DNA of 64,000 nt from Eledone cirrhosa (Eukaryota): positions 28,954,001 to 29,018,000 of the forward strand of contig OZ024759.1 in NCBI GenBank assembly GCA_964016885.1, given 5' to 3'. A program made the translations under genes and the position numbers. Below are positions 56,854 to 64,000 of this stretch, piece by piece. A model generated the notes under the pieces. The model was given only the letters and a program-made list of their open reading frames with translations, did no database searches and had not been told where the DNA came from. The stretch's first letter is position 1. Every line of letters starts with the position of its first letter.

Positions 56854-56897
56854 ATGTTATATATATTTAAAGATTTAAGATATAATTAGAGAGAGTG

Positions 56898-57018
56898 TCA
56901 TATATTATTTGAGAAACACAGTACTTTGTACACATATAATACAGATAATATTCAGGAAAAACACCTATTTTTACCTGAATATTGTATTATATGTGTACAA
57001 GGTGCTGTGTTTCTCAAA
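56898..57018. repeat. Imperfect foldback palindrome
   Basis: TTTGAGAAACACAGTACTTTGTACACATATAATAC...GTATTATATGTGTACAAGGTGCTGTGTTTCTCAAA; a second degraded one lies at ~57058-57302. Confidence 0.65.
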
Positions 57019-57307
57019 GGATACACCACCCCTCCTCCCTCAAAAATACAGCCTTTAAATTTGAATTATTGATTCTCTCTGAACTAAGGTCTATTGAGCC
57101 TATTTAATGAGAAACATGATCATCAAACATATTAAATATGTTTCGATACCTTAACATTGTGTGTGTATATATATATATATATACACACACATATATATAC
57201 ACACACACAAATGTGAGGAATGAAAACATCAACATGTTTGATTTTTGTGCTTCTCAATAAACAAGCTCAATAGACTTTATCTAGAGCTATAATAGTTCAA
57301 ATGTAGA

Positions 57308-57343
<36 letters not shown>

Positions 57344-57489
57344 ATGTCCTTGAGCAAGACACTTTATTTCACGTTGCTCCTTCTACCTGGAGTTGCGACC
57401 GATAGAGAGTACTAGCAATTGGAAAGACCAACGGAAACATTGTTTCCTCGGTCCGATTTGACGAAAGTCGATCGACTGAAAAAATACAT

Positions 57490-57711
57490 AGTAATAATAA
57501 TAAATTTGAAGACTAAAATCCAAAGAGGGCTCGATAAGGACAAATATATATCAGATATATAAGAACCATAGAGCAAATATTTATTAAAATAACAGATTAA
57601 AGTTTAAGCAAAGAATCGCTGCTTTCACCCTTAACTTCTTAGTTTCAGAAGATCCCGTTAATGGTGAAAGCAGCGATTCTTTGCTTAAACTTTAATCTGT
57701 TATTTTAATAA

Positions 57712-57712
<1 letters not shown>
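57490..57712. mobile_element. Palindromic element of the U4A-hammerhead family
   Basis: Plus-strand motif at 57641-57691; minus arm truncated in stem II; left arm has the tail; tail fragments also at ~35340-35395 and ~56045-56160. Confidence 0.75.
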
Positions 57713-57750
<38 letters not shown>

Positions 57751-57815
57751 TAGACTGTTTAAGCTTGACCGTAGGGTTTGTGTGTCAAATAATGATAAAA
57801 ATGTGTTTATGTCTA

Positions 57816-57865
<50 letters not shown>

Positions 57866-58139
57866 AGTATGTGTATATGCATATACATGCGCATATATAT
57901 GTGTGTGTGTTTTTCAGTTTAAATGTGTGTTCGTTAGTCATTGATTTCAATAATAACACACATTTATAGACACGTATCTATACACACACACACAAACACA
58001 GACATACATATCTATACACACAAATATATACACAACAGTTTGGAAAAGTTTCAAAGCCATTGTATACGATAATAACAATTTACAGCGCCATCTCACCCAG
58101 CACCAGTAGATTGTTATTTTGTGGGCGTTGTTATGAAGG

Positions 58140-58262
58140 ATATGACGTTCTCTCTTCCCATTGGTTAATTGTGCAGAAGTAGGCCGGCATTAGGAAAGTA
58201 GGGCGGGGTTTATTATATAACGGCTGATTATTAAACCGTTTCCCTGCCTCGCTTCACTGTCA
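58140..58262 (+). promoter_or_regulatory. Possible Pol II promoter-like motif cluster
   Basis: TGACG, inverted CCAAT (ATTGG ~58160), GC box GGGCGGGG (58201-58208) and TATATAA (~58214-58220) in canonical order in non-repetitive sequence. Confidence 0.35.
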
Positions 58263-58269
58263 CGGAAAA

Positions 58270-58515
58270 TACACACACACGCATATACATATAAATATAT
58301 ATAGAGAAACAGCATCTGTCCATATGCACACACACACACACACACGCATATACATATAAATATATATAGAGAAACAGCATCTGTCCATATGCACACACAC
58401 ACACACACACGCATATACATATAAATATATATAGAGAAACAGCATCTGTCCATATGCACACACACACACGCATATACATATAAATATATATAGAGAAACA
58501 GCATCTGTCCATATG

Positions 58516-58530
<15 letters not shown>
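58270..58530. repeat. ~62-66 bp tandem repeat x4
   Basis: GCATATACATATAAATATATATAGAGAAACAGCATCTGTCCATATGCAC(AC)n. Confidence 0.85.
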
Positions 58531-58553
<23 letters not shown>

Positions 58554-59008
58554 CAATATTAAATAAATGGAAAACTATATTTATAAAACCATATTTATTT
58601 CATTATATATATTTCGGGGATATCATATTAACAATATGCTATGCCTTCATCAGACAAAATACAATATAAACAGTTTTATAGATAAATATATTCGACATAC
58701 CGTAATAAACATCAACTTCATTTGAAGAGGTTTACGCTAGCGTAAACCTCTTCAAATGAAGTCGGTGTTATAACGGTATGTCGAACCTATTTGTCTATAA
58801 AACTGTTTATATTGTATTTTGTCTGATGAAGGCATAGCATATTGTTAATATGATATCCCCGAAATATATATAATGAAATAAATATGGTTTTATAAATATA
58901 GTTTTCCATTTATTTAATATTGTAAATATACTCCAAATATTTGTCGAGTGCTTTTATATCAGTTATAAATATTTACTAGTTGTAACCCAACAATTTTAAA
59001 TATAACTT

Positions 59009-59014
<6 letters not shown>
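58554..59014. mobile_element. Palindromic element with two intact hammerheads
   Basis: Centre GGTTTACGCTAGCGTAAACC; HHR on minus at 58596-58661 and on plus at 58815-58880; right arm has a ~90 nt tail containing GAGTGC. Confidence 0.85.
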
Positions 59015-59053
<39 letters not shown>

Positions 59054-59255
59054 TATGTATAATATTGTGATTGGTTTGGCATAGGCTAAAAGCCTTTCAG
59101 GGAAGGAGGGGGGGGGGCTGCATCCTGTTGGTGGATTGGTTTACAATACACAGATGTGTATATATGTGTACGTGTGTGTGAAATGTAAACGTGAACAACA
59201 AACCACACAATGAAGAAATATATTAGTTCAACGCTTGATATAGTAGGTGAAGAGC

Positions 59256-59290
59256 CTTTACGTTTCGGAAACTAGTCCTTCATCAGAAAA
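59256..59290 (-). ncRNA. Ultra-minimal hammerhead
   Basis: Minus strand: TTTT CTGATGA AGGACTAGTTTCC GAAA CG TA AAG; stem III is the ACGT palindrome. Confidence 0.65.
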
Positions 59291-59992
59291 TAGAATGAGA
59301 GATAAAAGATGAAATAGAAAGATAGTGAAGTGAGACGAGGAAGGAACGGAAAAGATTTAAAGAAAAAGCACGAGTGTATTCAGTCATTCATTTTGGAAAA
59401 AAATGAATATGTATACACACACATATATATATATATATATGCGCAGGGGAATTTTGATGTGACTGGTTGTGGTGGAAATGGTGAACTATATAGGGGCCCC
59501 AGACCCAATATGTCCCGGGTCACATAAGTTTTCGGAGGCCCAATGCTTATCTAAACCTATGCTTGTCGTGGTTGTCTATGTAGGGAGCTCGGCCACAATA
59601 CATTGCCTTGTCGAGGGGCCCACTATCTCTAGCAGTTCAACGCTAATTTACATCTATATATGCTGTGCTTGTGTAAGGGGTAGGGACCGGGGGCATTGTT
59701 CTGACCTGAGAACCACTCGGTCTAGGTACCTAATATTTATCTATACTTATGAATGCTGTGGCTATGTATGTAGCGGGTGGGGGAACCGCCAGTATATTGC
59801 ATAATGCTGTAAAGACAGCCCTTCCTGAGATATGGCGGTGTCACTACCCAACTTATCAGTGGGGAGAAGATCAGGTATCAGTTTGTGGCTCCACGTAAAA
59901 TCCGCCACTAAATTGATCACTGCATCATACTAAAACCTCGGACTGACCAATCCGATGTTAATGAAAATTTGGGAGGCAGAGACTGCAGAAGC

Positions 59993-60059
<67 letters not shown>

Positions 60060-60144
60060 TTGCCTTTCACTCTTACGGTGTCGATAAAATAAAGTACCAG
60101 TAATGTACTGGGTGATTGCTGGCCTTGTGCCAAAAGTAGAAACA

Positions 60145-60225
<81 letters not shown>

Positions 60226-62665
60226 CACGCCCCTCTACGTAAGACTCGAACGAGTCACTTGTAACCCCGCGTGAACGACGATGCGGCATGATTGATTTTA
60301 TTGCATTTGACCATACTGCAGTGTTTTTGGTGACCAGTCAGGAGCCTCGTTTGCCTTAAAAATGTGAGGGGGACAAACCGACATTTGTTGATTCTTAAAG
60401 GAGCATAAACAAACTACTTATAGTGCCTTTCCTGGCCTATCACATAAGTAAAGTTTTACGCTAATTAAATTTTATATATTCAAATGCAGTTCAAATATAA
60501 AAAAAATAAGCTTAAAAAGAATTTATTATATCAAATAAACAAAAAATAAAACAGACGTTTGAAAAAGTGGGGAGAAGGGGACTTGTCTCCTGGTACCCCC
60601 CTGAAACAAGGCCCGTGATGCCAGTCACCAACTTGCTAATTTCCTCAGACCAACAAAGACTTTTTAAAAATGGAGGCTTCTTTTTCTTTTTACTAGCGGC
60701 CATTACTTGTCTCGTCGTATCTACATCGCTGGGTTGTGAGAATTTTCTTGAGAGCCAACCAGGGTCTCCAAGACAAATTTTGCAAGGCGGTGATACAAGA
60801 CTCCTTTGGGGCCCGAATCAGTCAAAGATTTTTCTCAAAATGGATGTTGCATGGTTGCTGTGGGTCCTTCTTAGCTCTTGGACTCCGGAACAAATTACCG
60901 ACAAGACCCCCCCCCCTCCTCTCATAGGCCCTGGAGCCAACAATGTTGGTCATCCATTCCTCCATTTTTCTTGGTTCTATTCCTCCGGCTTTCTACTGTC
61001 TGAGTTAAAATTCCGCCCAGGTCAAAAAATTGCAGACTTGTCAACTCTCCCCGTCCGACGGGGAGATCTTCCACACACTTTGGGGTGGGTGAGAGATGTC
61101 TTATCTTGTGGAAATCGATATAGCTTTCATTATGCAAAAAATCTCCCCGTTTTGGGGCACTTTTTTTCATGGCACTCCTCGTTTGGGTTTTTAGGTTGGA
61201 AGGTCTGAAATTGACCGGGATCGATAAAATAAATACTGAGATCGATATCCCTAATTAAATTACTGGCCATGATTAAAGCAGAAACAATTATTATTACATA
61301 AACCAGTAAACTAAAAAAAAAAAAATTTAGATTTAAAAATTCTTTTTAACAGTTTACGTTAGCACAAGGTCTCCTCCCCCACCTCCAGACTTCATTATTA
61401 TACCACACTTCCACAAACCACAAAAACCGCACCAACCACTCACTACAATGGATCCTGCGCCTTATATCTCACACAGTCACACATAGACACTCGCACTATG
61501 TCACACACATACACTAAGTCAAAAGCACAATATCACATACACACACATTGACTCTTTACACACAGATTCTCTTACACAAACACACCTCTCTTCTCTATTT
61601 CACACACATACACACACACACCGTCTTGAAGGCCTCTCCCTTCAGACAATACCAATAAACGAATTAAAACACCATACGCACATACCATCTTTCTTAGAGG
61701 TCTCGTGGGGGTGGTGCTGTGAAATGGCATGGGGATGACCTCTCCCTACAGACGAAACCAATAAAATAATTAAAACGTTCATGCACTTCTCTTTAACACA
61801 CACACACACACACACACGCAGTCCTGTCACGCACATCACGTACACACTTCTATTACACACACACACACACTGTCTTCTCATGCACACATTTCTACACTCA
61901 TAATTTCTCTCACACACTTATGCACGCACGCACTCACACAAACACTGTTATGCACCCTTTCACACAAACGCACACACCTTACACAGTTACACACCCTTTT
62001 ACTCACGAACATACCTCTTACACTCCCACAGTCACATACATACACACACCTCATATACAGAGTCACACACACAAATACTTCTTACACACTGCCACACACA
62101 CACACACTAACACTAAATACCCCGTACACACACACTGCTACATGCACACAAACATACCTCTTACATACTGACACACACACATATCTCTTACACACACTGC
62201 CCCCCCCCCACAATCTCCCCTCTCCTCTGCCCTCCCCCATATACCAATCTCTTATGAACACCGTGAGAGTGATGTTTAGTGTTATCTCTGCTAACCGCCC
62301 ACCTACCCGACCCTACACCCGTTAATATCAGTTTGAAATCGGTGGTGGTGTGGATGATGTCGGCGGTGGTGGTGGTGGTGGTGGTGGTGTTGTTGACGAT
62401 GTCGGCGGCGTTGGTGGTATTGGGTCTCTTATCTCTCTTTAACATTCCTCCTATCACAACTGTAAACCTGCCCTCACTTACACCTCCACCACCTCCACCA
62501 CCACCACCACCAGAACCAATCATGGGACCACCGATATTGCCGTTACGTCAGACCACACACATACGCACGCACACACACAACGAGGTACCCCCCCCCCCCC
62601 TTTAGAGAAATGGTAGCCAAATCTCCCTCAAATCACACATCAGTCTTTCAAAAAGGAAAATACAT

Positions 62666-62714
<49 letters not shown>

Positions 62715-62939
62715 GTATGTGTGTAAATATGATAATAATGATGGCTGCCCGTTGCAAATGGTGGTGCATATGAAAAAGTGAGTCCTTCATCAGTGACCCT
62801 CCAACCGTCCCAGGCATTTCATCGCTTTAAGGGCCATATGCCTCAGGTTGGTGCGAACAACGGCTAAAAAAAGTCGTTGGGACACGTAAATAAAGGGGAC
62901 GTTAGTGTAACAAACAAAATATATATATATATACTGTAT

Positions 62940-63137
62940 AACGAAGGAATTGTGGTAAGGAACCAGATGGACCATAACGCACCAGAGTACTCAATACTTA
63001 GTGTAGTAGAGTGGGAAATAGGAAAAAGTATGACCCCGACGGCAGAGCTGAAGCCGTTTCGACGGCTATTTCTGGACTGGAATAGCCGTCGAAACGGCTT
63101 GATCTCTGCCGTCGGGGGTCATACTTTTCCCTATATA

Positions 63138-63140
<3 letters not shown>
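62940..63140. mobile_element. Palindromic HHR-half element (family of 13195)
   Basis: GTTTCGACGGCTATTTCTGG|ACTGGAATAGCCGTCGAAACGGC; TA-flanked. Confidence 0.75.
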
Positions 63141-63200
<60 letters not shown>

Positions 63201-63498
63201 AAAAGTTTAGTGCTCGACAGCTGAGATCACGCCGTGTCCAAGTTGAAACGGGATGAGCTCAGCCGTCGGGCACTAACTACTCTATACCCACACTCGATTT
63301 TTCCAATTTTCGAGTACTTAGCTGAACATGATCAGTATTGGGATTGATTCTTTCTCGATATCTCTTCCTCTCTCTCTCTCTCTCTAAGAAATCAGTCGTG
63401 TTTGGACCCAGGAAGGGAATAGGCTCCGCCAAGTTGATATGTGCTTCATCAGGAGTTACAGGTCGTTACACACATATGCATGTATGTATGGACACCTG

Positions 63499-64000
63499 TA
63501 ACTCCCGTTGGAGTGGTAGGGGCACCGTGGTGACATACAGCGTACCTTGGACTCTTTTTAACCTGGCGGAGCCCTAACTCCCGTTGGAGTGGTAGGGGCA
63601 CCGTGGTGACATACAGCGTACCTTGGACTCTTTTTAACCTGGCGGAGCCCTAACTCCCGTTGGAGTGGTAGGGGCACCGTGGTGACATACAGCGTACCTT
63701 GGACTCTTTTTAACCTGGCGGAGCCCTAACTCCCGTTGGAGTGGTAGGGGCACCGTGGTGACATACAGCGTACCTTGGACTCTTTTTAACCTGGCGGAGC
63801 CCTAACTCCCGTTGGAGTGGTAGGGGCACCGTGGTGACATACAGCGTATCTTGGACTCTTTTTAACCTGGCGGAGCCCTAACTCCCGTTGGAGTGGTAGG
63901 GGCACCGTGGTGACATACAGCATATCTTGGGCTCTTTTTAACCTGGCGGAGCCCTAACTCCCGTTGGAGTGGTAGGGGCACCGTGGTGACATACAGCGTA
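63499..64000. repeat. 76-bp GC-rich satellite, at least 6.5 copies, runs off the window
   Basis: AACTCCCGTTGGAGTGGTAGGGGCACCGTGGTGACATACAGCGTACCTTGGACTCTTTTTAACCTGGCGGAGCCCT; 76 bp period (63501, 63577). Confidence 0.95.

Noticed and set aside
60567-61208. 213-aa ORF
   Set aside because: No recognisable family; the region looks like a heavily decayed retroelement or low-quality sequence
62760-62800. CTGATGA on the minus strand at ~62787-62793
   Set aside because: No following GAAA, stem III or stem I

Overview
Very AT-rich, microsatellite-saturated eukaryotic (animal) non-coding DNA. The tRNA-derived SINE families and (TA)n/(CA)n/(TACA)n density suggest a coleoid cephalopod such as Octopus (inference). 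No protein-coding gene can be supported: the long ORFs are translations of (CCA)n/(GGT)n/(TA)n repeats, and the only protein-like segments are decayed non-LTR retrotransposon fragments (RTE, L2, and RLE-type HERO-like and R4/Dong-like). Other content: about 20 copies of one SINE, a second CORE-like SINE, Helitron-type 3' ends and several satellites (72, 58, 76, 81, 25 and 21 bp units). The main result is a dense set of more than 20 intact, variant or truncated type I hammerhead ribozyme (HHR) motifs (CUGANGA...GAAA...UH with pairing stems) from roughly a dozen dissimilar families. They lie in short ORF-less elements embedded in (TA)n tracts. Many form inverted pairs in which one arm carries an extra ~60-90 nt tail with a shared GAGTRC motif, matching the pLTR architecture of Penelope-like retroelements. 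All motifs were folded by eye, and element boundaries are approximate.
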